In this document: one piece after another, positions 39,293-48,139 of the stretch
Numbering within the stretch: the first letter of the stretch is position 1
Layout: every line of letters begins with the position of its first letter
Assembly (NCBI GenBank): GCA_902555985.1
Contig: CACDUI010000001.1
Coordinates: 67,291 to 131,290 of the forward strand
DNA from: an uncultured Candidatus Actinomarina sp.
GTDB lineage: Bacteria > Actinomycetota > Acidimicrobiia > Actinomarinales > Actinomarinaceae
Direction: 5' to 3'
DNA length: 64,000 nt
Notes under the pieces: model-generated
Told to the model about the DNA's origin: nothing
What the model saw: only the letters and a program-made list of their open reading frames with translations
Databases searched by the model: none
Position numbers and translations under genes: made by a program

Positions 39293-39910
39293 ATGAGTGA
39301 AAGACAAATATTTTCTAAAATCTTACGTCTTGATAAATATATTTACAATGAGCTAATAGTCCTTGACGGAGCTTTACAAAGAGGAATAGCAATTTTCTTA
39401 GCTGTTACAACCTTAACTACCTTGAGTGCTTTTAGACTTTTTAATGGCTTAATTGAATTCCTTGAGAGCAACCTTGTTTTATTTAGCGGTGAAATGTCTG
39501 ACGAAGAGTTTGCAATGTTTAAATCCTTAATTGATGAACTCTCAATAATTTTTATTCAACAAGACTCGACTACCACACTACTTTTCTCATCAATAGTCTC
39601 AACAACAGTTACTTCAATAGTCGGTCTTATTGTTTGCTTTTTAATTCTTAAATTTTTGTTTAGAAAAGAACCCAGGCCAATTGATTTAATTATTATTTCA
39701 TTTTTTTCAAGCGCTCCTGGCTTGCTTGTATTTCCGGTTCTTTTTATTTCAGATTCTTTTTTTCAAGCGATACTAGTACTAGTAACTTCTATCTATGCTC
39801 TTGTAGCTTTTGGATCTGGACTTAAGCAGGTTTATTTCTTAAGAAACATTGAAGTAATTTTGGTAATAGTAGCTCTTACTTTTGGCGGTTCAATACTAGG
39901 ATCATTTTGA
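39293..39910 (+). CDS. Polytopic membrane protein (Yip1-like topology, hypothetical)
   Basis: 205 aa with about five hydrophobic helices after a soluble N-terminus. 4-nt overlap with the next gene. Confidence 0.35.
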   Translation: MSERQIFSKILRLDKYIYNELIVLDGALQRGIAIFLAVTTLTTLSAFRLFNGLIEFLESNLVLFSGEMSDEEFAMFKSLIDELSIIFIQQDSTTTLLFSSIVSTTVTSIVGLIVCFLILKFLFRKEPRPIDLIIISFFSSAPGLLVFPVLFISDSFFQAILVLVTSIYALVAFGSGLKQVYFLRNIEVILVIVALTFGGSILGSF

Positions 39911-40509
39911 TTATGAATGCAGCAGTTATACTAGCAGCTGGTGATTCAAGTAGAATGGGCTTCCCAAAACAGCTAGCAGAAGTAAAAGAGAAGCCTTTAC
40001 TTCAACTAATTATCGATAAAGTTAATAATAAATTCGAATATTCTTCTGTTGTTCTAGGATCAGAAAATGAAGTAATTTCAGAAAAAATTGATTTCAAAAA
40101 TTCAAACATTTTGATTAATGAAAGCTGGACAGAGGGCATCACATCTTCCATCAGGACATCATTGTTTTTTTATCAAGGCCAAAAAGAAATTGAAAATATA
40201 ATATTTTTTCTTGCTGATCAACCAGAGGTAGAAAGTGAAGTTATAGATAGTCTGATAAATAATGATCACGATGGAACGAAAATTTTAATTCCACAATATC
40301 GGTACAAATTAGGGTTTCCCATTTTAGTTCCAAGATTATTCTGGCCTAAGCTAGAACTTATTACTCAAGATGATAATTTGGATGAAGAAAAATCTGTTTT
40401 TCAAGATTTTGATTTAATTGATTTCTTTATTTCGTCAGAAATAGAAACTAGAAATTTAAATTTTAATTTTTTAGAACCGATCGATTATGACGAAGAAAAA
40501 GATTTTTAA
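39907..40509 (+). CDS. MobA-like NTP-transferase-domain protein (nucleotidyltransferase, substrate unknown)
   Basis: N-terminal AVILAAGDSSRMGFPKQL is the GxG(S/T)RMG...K nucleotide-binding motif of MobA/MocA/IspD-type transferases. 200 aa. Confidence 0.5.
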   Translation: MIMNAAVILAAGDSSRMGFPKQLAEVKEKPLLQLIIDKVNNKFEYSSVVLGSENEVISEKIDFKNSNILINESWTEGITSSIRTSLFFYQGQKEIENIIFFLADQPEVESEVIDSLINNDHDGTKILIPQYRYKLGFPILVPRLFWPKLELITQDDNLDEEKSVFQDFDLIDFFISSEIETRNLNFNFLEPIDYDEEKDF

Positions 40510-40572
40510 GAGTGGGAAAAACTCTTAAAAAAAATCGTTTCTTTATCTAAATTATTTTGTAAAATTTAAAAC

Positions 40573-40977
40573 ATGAATTCAATTGACTCTATAAATGGTA
40601 TGACACACACCGAAGCAACAAAATTAAGAAGAGCTAGAGTCAGAACAACAACAACTTTCTTACAGATTGCATCTTCTAGGTCTGGCAGAGCATTGCTTAC
40701 TAAAGAGACCGGCATAAGTTCTCCAAAACTTTTACACTGGGCAAGAAGAGCAGAGTTAATGAAAATTAAAAATCTTGGAAGAGATTATGCAGACTTACTT
40801 GAAGCAGCTGGTGTTGAAAGTGTATCTGAGTTAAAACGTAGAAACCCTGAATCTCTTCATGAAATGATGGCAAAAATTAATTTTAAAAAAAACATTGTAG
40901 ACAGGATGCCCTCATTAAAAAGAGTATCAAAGTGGATTGACGATTCTAAAGATATAGAAATTAAGGTTTCTTCATAA
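40573..40977 (+). CDS. Small basic HhH-like protein (DUF4332-like), hypothetical
   Basis: 134 aa. The central region (IKNLGRDYADLLEAAGVESVSELKRRNPESL) resembles tandem helix-hairpin-helix repeats. Tentative. Confidence 0.35.
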   Translation: MNSIDSINGMTHTEATKLRRARVRTTTTFLQIASSRSGRALLTKETGISSPKLLHWARRAELMKIKNLGRDYADLLEAAGVESVSELKRRNPESLHEMMAKINFKKNIVDRMPSLKRVSKWIDDSKDIEIKVSS

Positions 40978-41003
40978 CCAAACATCCCATCTATCATTAA
41001 ATT

Positions 41004-42710
41004 GTGAATAAAAAAACCATAAGAATTACTGGTGCACAAATGTCATTTCCAGTTGGTGCGATACAGAAGAACAAGCAAACTATCTTAGACTGTTTTGAAA
41101 TAGCTGAAGAAAAAGAAACTGACATCTTAATATTCCCAGAACTGGCTTTAACAGGATATCCTCCAGAAGATTTACTCTTGAGAGAAAGTTTTATTGGTAA
41201 AAACTTTGCAGTTCTAGAAGAGCTTGCAGAATTTTCTAGTGCTACCAGTGGTGTTATTGGTTTTGTGGATAGAAACTTAGATGAAGACCACACAGATAAG
41301 CAAAAAAGAGGAATAGCTAATGCTGCAGCAATAATTCAAAATGGTGATGTAAAAGGAATTTATCATAAGTGTTACCTTCCGAATTATTCTGTTTTTGATG
41401 AAGCTAGATATTTTGCTAAAGGGAATAATCCTGGCAATCTTTTTTGGTATAACGATGTAGCAATAGGAATTAGTATTTGTGAAGATATTTGGATTGATGA
41501 AGGGCCGTCACTACAACAAGTTGAAAATGGAGCGTCTTTAATAATAAACATAAATGCTTCACCTTATGACCAAAACAAAAGTAACTCTAGAAAAGAACTT
41601 GTAATTAGTCAGGCAAAAAAACTTAAAGTGCCAATAATTTATTTAAATATGGTTGGCGGTCAGGACGAACTCGTTTTTGACGGTGGGTCATTTGTTGTAG
41701 ACGGGGAAGGAAAAGTAATTTATCAAGCCAAGCAATTTGAGGAAGAATTATTTCATATCGATTTAGATCTTGAAGTAAAAAAACAACCTATTGGATCGGC
41801 TTTAGAGATTAGGGAAAAGACCACAGAACTTGAAAAATTATACTCTTCTGCACTACTCTCAAAAAATGAATCTTTGTATGCAGCACTAAAACTAGGGCTT
41901 TTCGACTATGTGAAGAAAAATAATTTTGAAAAAGTACTCATAGGGCTATCCGGAGGAATTGATTCTGCATTGACAGCTACAGTCGCTGTAGATGCTCTGG
42001 GTTCTGAAAATGTTATAGGTGTTGCCATGCCATCTAAATATAATTCAAAAGAATCTCTTATTGATGCAAAGTCTTTAGCTGAAAATCTTAAAATAGAATT
42101 TAAAACTATAGAAATTGAAACAATAGTAGAAAATTTTAGAACTACGTTAGCTGGCATAATCAATGAAGATCTTGGACAAACAACTGATGAAAACATACAG
42201 TCAAGGGTTAGAGGCAATATTTTAATGGCCCTTTCTAATCAAACTGGAGCCATGGTTGTGTCTACAGGAAATAAATCAGAAATGGCAGTAGGCTATTCAA
42301 CGCTTTACGGTGACTTAGCAGGAGGATTTGCATTATTAAAAGATTTATATAAAACAGAAGTTTATAATTTATCAAATTTTAGAAATACAATTTCCAAGGT
42401 AATACCACAAAATACAATTGATAAAGAGCCAAGTGCAGAATTAAGGCCAAATCAGTTTGATAAAGATTCACTACCAGAATATGACCTACTTGATAAAATA
42501 CTTCGTTTGTATATTGAGGAAGACAGCTCTTCAGAAAAAATTATCTCTTCTGGAATTAATGAAAATATTGTTTACGATGTCTTGTCTAAAGTCGACAGAA
42601 ATGAATATAAAAGAAAACAGGTTGCTCCAGGGGTAAAATTAACTGAAAAAGCATTTGGCAAAGATAGAAGAATGCCAATTACAAATACATATATTAGAGA
42701 ACAGGATTAA
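41004..42710 (+). CDS. nadE: Glutamine-dependent NAD+ synthetase
   Basis: N-terminal CN-hydrolase (glutaminase) domain with a catalytic Cys in ISICEDIW. C-terminal NAD synthase domain with the SGGIDS PP-loop. Confidence 0.9.
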   Translation: MNKKTIRITGAQMSFPVGAIQKNKQTILDCFEIAEEKETDILIFPELALTGYPPEDLLLRESFIGKNFAVLEELAEFSSATSGVIGFVDRNLDEDHTDKQKRGIANAAAIIQNGDVKGIYHKCYLPNYSVFDEARYFAKGNNPGNLFWYNDVAIGISICEDIWIDEGPSLQQVENGASLIININASPYDQNKSNSRKELVISQAKKLKVPIIYLNMVGGQDELVFDGGSFVVDGEGKVIYQAKQFEEELFHIDLDLEVKKQPIGSALEIREKTTELEKLYSSALLSKNESLYAALKLGLFDYVKKNNFEKVLIGLSGGIDSALTATVAVDALGSENVIGVAMPSKYNSKESLIDAKSLAENLKIEFKTIEIETIVENFRTTLAGIINEDLGQTTDENIQSRVRGNILMALSNQTGAMVVSTGNKSEMAVGYSTLYGDLAGGFALLKDLYKTEVYNLSNFRNTISKVIPQNTIDKEPSAELRPNQFDKDSLPEYDLLDKILRLYIEEDSSSEKIISSGINENIVYDVLSKVDRNEYKRKQVAPGVKLTEKAFGKDRRMPITNTYIREQD

Positions 42711-42715
42711 GCAAC

Positions 42716-43540
42716 GTGTATTTTATAAATGAGGAAGAGGTTAAGAAAGAGGATTTTCACTTACCAGTTGAAAATTTAGCTGTATGGAGAGGTGACGGAG
42801 TTTTTGAAGCTCTAAGAATACATGATCGTTACCCTTTTGGTATAGAAAAGCATATTGATAGGCTAAAGCAGTCTTGTAGAAAGCAGTTATTTGAAAATGT
42901 TGATTTCAGTCTTATTGAGAATAATATTTCAAAAATTGCATCACAGTATGAAAATGGCTACGTCAGAATTCTTATTTTGAGAAATGATTCTGATGAAGAT
43001 TTTACGATTTATTCTTTTTATCAATTACCAATTAAAATATCAGAAAATTATAAATTAGAATCTCAACCTGCTCCCTGGCATCCTGGGGGAGATTTTGATG
43101 TTAATAGTGATAACATTGTAGGGTCTAAATCAACTTCATATGCATATAATATTAAGCAAACAAGAGATGCTATTAGGAATGGGTTTAGTGACGCACTACT
43201 CCTTAGCAGCAAAGGGGTAGTTCTTGAGGGCCCCACCTTCTCAGTGGGATGGATTAAAGATGAGGTAGTATACGTTCCAGATCTAGATTTGGGAATACTC
43301 GACTCAATCACTAGGAAATACTTGCTTGAATTTGGAAGTGCAAATAAAATCAATACAGCAGTATCCAGAGTCACTATAGATGAGTTATATACGGTAGATA
43401 CAGTTTTTGCTATGTCAACTGCCAAACACGGAATATTTGTATCTAAAATTGATGACAAAGAGTACACACAGTCGCCTCTATTGAACACTATTCAAGATTT
43501 ATTCAAGAAAGAAGTTTTAAAGGAAAAACAAGAAAGTTAA
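42716..43540 (+). CDS. Class IV (fold-type IV) PLP aminotransferase-family protein (BCAT/ADC-lyase-like)
   Basis: 274 aa. Domain order and the GSKSTSYAYN Lys region fit the fold-type IV family. Confidence 0.6.
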   Translation: MYFINEEEVKKEDFHLPVENLAVWRGDGVFEALRIHDRYPFGIEKHIDRLKQSCRKQLFENVDFSLIENNISKIASQYENGYVRILILRNDSDEDFTIYSFYQLPIKISENYKLESQPAPWHPGGDFDVNSDNIVGSKSTSYAYNIKQTRDAIRNGFSDALLLSSKGVVLEGPTFSVGWIKDEVVYVPDLDLGILDSITRKYLLEFGSANKINTAVSRVTIDELYTVDTVFAMSTAKHGIFVSKIDDKEYTQSPLLNTIQDLFKKEVLKEKQES

Positions 43541-43550
43541 GGAGGGTAAA

Positions 43551-44579
43551 GTGAGACTTACAGAGTATTCTCATGGCTCAGGTTGAGCATGTAAACTCTC
43601 CCAAGGAGAGCTTGCTCAGGTTCTGAAGCAATTACAACAAAATAATCACAGCAATCCTGAAATTTTAGTAGGACTAGATAACCCTGATGACGGTGCAGTT
43701 ATTGATTTGGGTAATAATTTAAAAATAGTTCAAACTGTAGATTTTTTTACACCTATCCTAGACGACCCTTATGACTGGGGGAGAGTTGCTGCTGCTAATG
43801 CATTGTCTGATATATATGCCATGGGTGGAGTGCCTATTTCCTCACTTCAGTTAGTAAGTTGGCCAAGAGAAGATATTGGATTTGATATCTTATCAAGTGT
43901 AATTAATGGCGGTTCAGATGTAATGAAATCAGCAAACTGCAGCATTGTAGGCGGGCATAGTATTGATGATAAAGAACCAAAATATGGCTTTGCTGTGACA
44001 GGGATAATCAATGAAAAAATATATAAAAAAACTGATATTAAAAAAGGGGATAGACTCTTTTTGACCAAACCACTCGGCTCAGGAATAATTGCAACAGCAA
44101 TCAAAAAAGGTAAAGCCGAAAAAGAAGCTATAAGTCAAGTTACAGAGATTATGACAACATTAAATGACAGAGGTCTAGCAGTAGCCAAAAATCTAAATGC
44201 TAATGCTGTTACAGATGTGACCGGTTTTGGACTCTTAGGGCATTTAAGCGAAATGTTAATCAATGATAATTTGTCAGCAAATTTAATTTTTGACGACATT
44301 CCAATAATTGAGTATGCAAAAAAATATTTTGAGGAGGGTATCTACCCATCTGGAAGTCAAAGAAACTTTAATAGTTTGAAAGATTTCATAACATTTGAAA
44401 ATGAAGACGAAGCATTAATATTATCTGATGCTCAAACTAGCGGAGGACTTTTAATTGCAGCTCCTAAAGAAACAAATGTAGATTTTAGCGAAATTGAAAA
44501 ATCACATGGGGTAACAATAAAAGAAATTGGGAATATAACTGATAGATATAATAAAAAAATAAATATTATTAGTAATTGA
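43551..44579 (+). CDS. selD: Selenophosphate synthetase SelD, itself a selenoprotein: in-frame UGA (43584..43586) at the catalytic SGxACK position
   Basis: GTG start at 43551, 5 nt after AAGGAGGG. Translation VRLTEYSHGSG-U-ACKLSQGELAQVL... continues in frame into the ORF-track protein (43707 onward), giving full-length SelD with its glycine-rich loop and AIR-synthase-like domains. Hairpin CUCUCC-CAA-GGAGAG lies at 43596..43610, 9 nt after the UGA (a candidate SECIS). Confidence 0.85.
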
Positions 44580-45496
44580 TGATAAAAACATTAACCAAAA
44601 TATTTGCACTAACAGCAGTGACAAAAAGCTTACTTGAAACAAAGAAAAGTCAATCTGAGGGAACAACTCAGTTACATCCAAGTAAACTTCCAGGAAGAAC
44701 TCTATTTATTAGAGAACAAGAGTTCTTTATTAGGGAAAACTTAGTAGAGGGAACAATTCCAGTAGTATTTCTTCACAGCTGGGGATCTGACTCTTTAGGA
44801 AGCTGGTTTAAAATACTTCCAAAAATAAAGAACGAGAGTTCGTTTATAGCAATTGATATGCGTAATCATGGCAAGTCTGATGCTAGTTGGGATAGGTGGG
44901 ATGTTGATGAGAATGCAGATATTGTTATCAGTATTTTAAAAGAACTAAGTATTTCACAATGCAATATAGTTGGATGGTCAATGGGCAGCGCTGTTGCAAT
45001 GTCTATAGCTAAAAAAAATAAATCACTAGTGAATAAACTTGTTTTAATTACTCCTTTCAGCTGGCTTGGTGGAGCAGTGTACAATGATAAAATAGCTTTT
45101 AAAATTTTTGTAAGTTTTGTACGTATTAGAGAAAGACTATTTCCTAACTTTAATCCTAAGTCTAAGTTTTCCTTTTTAAGAAAATCAAACTCTATAAATG
45201 ACGAATATACAGAGTGGGCATGGAACAACCTACATAAATTGAAAGATGATTTTATTTATGCGGATGGAGGAAGATTTGTTGTTCCATACGATGCGCGTCC
45301 CTGGATAGAAGAGATAGAAGCAGAAACACTGGTTATAACTGGTGGTAAAGATAAACTTGTGCCAGAGGAGACGTCAAACGATGTTGTTAAGAGATTGAAT
45401 AATGTCAAAGTTCAAACTTTTCCTGATGCTGGGCACTCAGTGCCTTGGACTCATGAAAATGAACTAATTAAAGAATTGAAAGAATTTTTTCAATAA
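44576..45496 (+). CDS. Alpha/beta-fold hydrolase
   Basis: Nucleophile elbow GWSMGS. An HGKSD region and a C-terminal His (DAGHSVPW). ATGA overlap with selD. Confidence 0.7.
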   Translation: MMIKTLTKIFALTAVTKSLLETKKSQSEGTTQLHPSKLPGRTLFIREQEFFIRENLVEGTIPVVFLHSWGSDSLGSWFKILPKIKNESSFIAIDMRNHGKSDASWDRWDVDENADIVISILKELSISQCNIVGWSMGSAVAMSIAKKNKSLVNKLVLITPFSWLGGAVYNDKIAFKIFVSFVRIRERLFPNFNPKSKFSFLRKSNSINDEYTEWAWNNLHKLKDDFIYADGGRFVVPYDARPWIEEIEAETLVITGGKDKLVPEETSNDVVKRLNNVKVQTFPDAGHSVPWTHENELIKELKEFFQ

Positions 45497-45497
45497 T

Positions 45498-46628
45498 ATG
45501 AAAAATGTTTTATTTGTTTCACCAACATTTTACAATCTTCCCTTGAGTGAAAATATCATAAAAAAACATAAATACCTTAATGAAGTTGCAAATGTTACAG
45601 TTCTTGCATTCGCAAATCAAAAAAAAATTTTTGAAGAATCTGAAACTAACTTTTATTTAAGTAAAAAAATAAACTCAAGACTCTTAAATTATTTGAAGAT
45701 CTTACTTATATCATATTTTAAAATTCCAAAACTAATTAATAAGCACAAGATAGAAATAGTCACATTTCAGGATCCCGTTACTAGTTTTTTAGGAGTTTAT
45801 AAAATTAAAAAAAAATTCAAAAATGTAAAAATTGTTTTAGAGTCACATGGGGACTTCATAAATACTTTAGACCTTGAGAAAAATCTTGTAATTCCACAAG
45901 TTTATAAAAAATTATTTTCAAAAATGGCTTCATTTACAATTAGTAATTCAGACATACTTAGAGCAGTATCTTCTTCTACTGAAGAACAAGCTTTGTCATT
46001 TGATCCCTCAAAGAAAGTTGTAAGATTTCCTGCATGGGTTGATTTTGAAATATTTAGTAATGTTAAGCCTTTAAGAAACAATGAAAAAAATTTTAAAATT
46101 TTATTTATTGGAAGCGTAACAGATAGAAAGAAGCCCCATTTAATTGTTGAAGCAATGAATAATTTCAATAGTAAAGATATAAAACTATACATTGTCGGCC
46201 CAACACCTAATGAAAATTATTTATCTCAATTAAAAAAACTTGTCCAAGAGTATGACTTAGTTGATCAAGTTTCATTTACTGGTTCTATTGATAGGAAATC
46301 GGTGATGGACCATTATGCGGATACAAATTTGATGATTTTACCATCAGTTTCTGAAGGCTTAGCAAGAGTCATATTTGAATCCCAGGTTACTGCGTGTCCA
46401 GTACTTGTAACCGATGCTCCAGGAATGGGTGATATTGTAATTGATGGACAAACAGGGTATATATTTGAGAGTGATAATCTTGAAAGTCTCACTAGTAAAA
46501 TACAAGAAATTAAAAACAATTATCAAGACGCAATCCATGTTGGTAATAATGCAAAAAATTTTATACTAAGTAACTATTCAGCAGATAATTTTAAATTTAG
46601 TTTTAAAAAGCTTTTTGATGCAGTCTAG
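45498..46628 (+). CDS. GT4-family glycosyltransferase
   Basis: C-terminal EX7E motif (EGLARVIFESQ) and a GT-B layout. Confidence 0.75.
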   Translation: MKNVLFVSPTFYNLPLSENIIKKHKYLNEVANVTVLAFANQKKIFEESETNFYLSKKINSRLLNYLKILLISYFKIPKLINKHKIEIVTFQDPVTSFLGVYKIKKKFKNVKIVLESHGDFINTLDLEKNLVIPQVYKKLFSKMASFTISNSDILRAVSSSTEEQALSFDPSKKVVRFPAWVDFEIFSNVKPLRNNEKNFKILFIGSVTDRKKPHLIVEAMNNFNSKDIKLYIVGPTPNENYLSQLKKLVQEYDLVDQVSFTGSIDRKSVMDHYADTNLMILPSVSEGLARVIFESQVTACPVLVTDAPGMGDIVIDGQTGYIFESDNLESLTSKIQEIKNNYQDAIHVGNNAKNFILSNYSADNFKFSFKKLFDAV

Positions 46629-46724
46629 ATAAATTAATTATTGTTTATATCTGATACAGGGTTACTGCAGGATTGTAACACTCTTATCTATCAAATTGTC
46701 TGTACTAATTGCTATTCTTAAACT

Positions 46725-47750
46725 ATGGAAATAGGATTTTATATATTAATTATTTTGCTTCTTGGAGCAAATCTTTATTTTGTTACAAAAAAAGACACCG
46801 AAGAAGAAAACCATGATGATGAGTACTTAATTAAAGGTATTGTGAGCGAAATAATTGAAAATGAAGAATCTCAAATATATAAATTACTTAACAAGTCTGA
46901 CCAAACTGTAAAAGAGTTTTTAGAAAAAACTGGAGAAATTAAAAGTTCTATAACTGGTGTAGATCAGCAAACTAGAAATTTGATTTCTGTACTTAATAAC
47001 AATCAAAGTAGAGGGCAATGGGCTGAATTTCAAGTAGAAGATCTACTTGAAATTATGGATTATAAGGCTGGAATTCATTATCAAACTCAAAAAAGAATGT
47101 CTAGTGGCACTATTCCTGATTTTACTTTTTACCTTCCTGAAAATAAAACCATTAACATGGATTCAAAATTTCCACTTACAATTTATATGGAAATTGCAAA
47201 GCTTAATAGCGATTTAGAAAATGAAACTCTTGATGAAATTGCTAGAAGAGATATATTAGAATCTATTAAAAATAAAAATAAAGAATTTTTAGATAAAGCA
47301 ATTAAAACAAAAATTGATGAAACATCTTCAAGGGAAGGTTATATATCTTCAGAGGAAGGAACTGTTGACTTTGTCTTGATGTATATACCACTTGAGAATT
47401 TATATCATTTTTTATTAACATCTGAGATCGGAGCAAATAAAACCCCAGTAATTCAATATGCTTTTTCAAAGAAAGTAATCTTGGTAAGCCCACAAACTTT
47501 AATGGCGTATCTTGAAACCATAAGACACTCAATGAAATTATTCAGTTTACAAACAGACACGAAAAATATTTTGGCTACACATGAAAAAGTAAAAGATGAG
47601 CTCAGAAAGTTTATAGATTCATTCGACGATGTTACAAAGAGACTAGACCAAACTGTAAAGTCGTTTGACGCGTTAAAGACGACTAGAGTTAATAAGCTTG
47701 AAAAATCTTTTGAAGACTTAGATAGCGTAAATAAGGAACTCGAAGACTAA
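46725..47750 (+). CDS. rmuC: DNA recombination protein RmuC
   Basis: N-terminal TM helix, long coiled coil and a C-terminal RmuC nuclease-like domain. 341 aa. Confidence 0.8.
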   Translation: MEIGFYILIILLLGANLYFVTKKDTEEENHDDEYLIKGIVSEIIENEESQIYKLLNKSDQTVKEFLEKTGEIKSSITGVDQQTRNLISVLNNNQSRGQWAEFQVEDLLEIMDYKAGIHYQTQKRMSSGTIPDFTFYLPENKTINMDSKFPLTIYMEIAKLNSDLENETLDEIARRDILESIKNKNKEFLDKAIKTKIDETSSREGYISSEEGTVDFVLMYIPLENLYHFLLTSEIGANKTPVIQYAFSKKVILVSPQTLMAYLETIRHSMKLFSLQTDTKNILATHEKVKDELRKFIDSFDDVTKRLDQTVKSFDALKTTRVNKLEKSFEDLDSVNKELED

Positions 47751-48139
47751 TAATTATTTTGAAGTCTCGCCACAACCATAATGCATTTGTCATCAATATA
47801 GTTTTTATTTTGAGATTTTAAATAATTTGAGATTTCTTGACTCTCAGCTCCGGGTTGGTACCAATAATTGTCATAACCACCCTCAACTAAATCTTTTGTA
47901 ATTTTTAAGCCAACACTAGGAGGCACCACAAAATTAATTATTGATGGTTTTTCTGACATTTCAGATACATTTTTGTATGTTTTTAATCCAGCGATTATTT
48001 CCTCTTTTGGATTAATGGGCACAACTTTGTGTTTTTTTGAAATCAAATCTAATAAAATTTTGTTTCCATATTTATTTTTATCATTAGATGCACCGATTAA
48101 GGCGATTACATTATTTTTATTGTTTAATAACTCAAGCAA
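47747..48139 (-). CDS. CoA-binding-domain protein (YccU-like)
   Basis: VIALIGASNDKNKYGNKI Rossmann-like CoA-binding N-terminus. 130 aa. Confidence 0.7.
   Translation of the reverse strand: MLELLNNKNNVIALIGASNDKNKYGNKILLDLISKKHKVVPINPKEEIIAGLKTYKNVSEMSEKPSIINFVVPPSVGLKITKDLVEGGYDNYWYQPGAESQEISNYLKSQNKNYIDDKCIMVVARLQNNY

Noticed and set aside
39907-40509. Assigning the MobA-like NTP transferase to Moco (MobA/MocA), MEP (IspD) or F420 (CofC) pathways
   Set aside because: No partner genes for any of these pathways are in the window, and the protein is shorter than IspD. The motif alone cannot decide.
43707-44579. ORF-track SelD starting at TTG 43707
   Set aside because: That start removes the essential N-terminal glycine-rich/Cys(Sec) loop. 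The upstream 156 nt are in frame, encode the canonical SelD N-terminus with a single UGA at the Sec position, and begin at a GTG with a strong SD. Read-through is the more parsimonious model.
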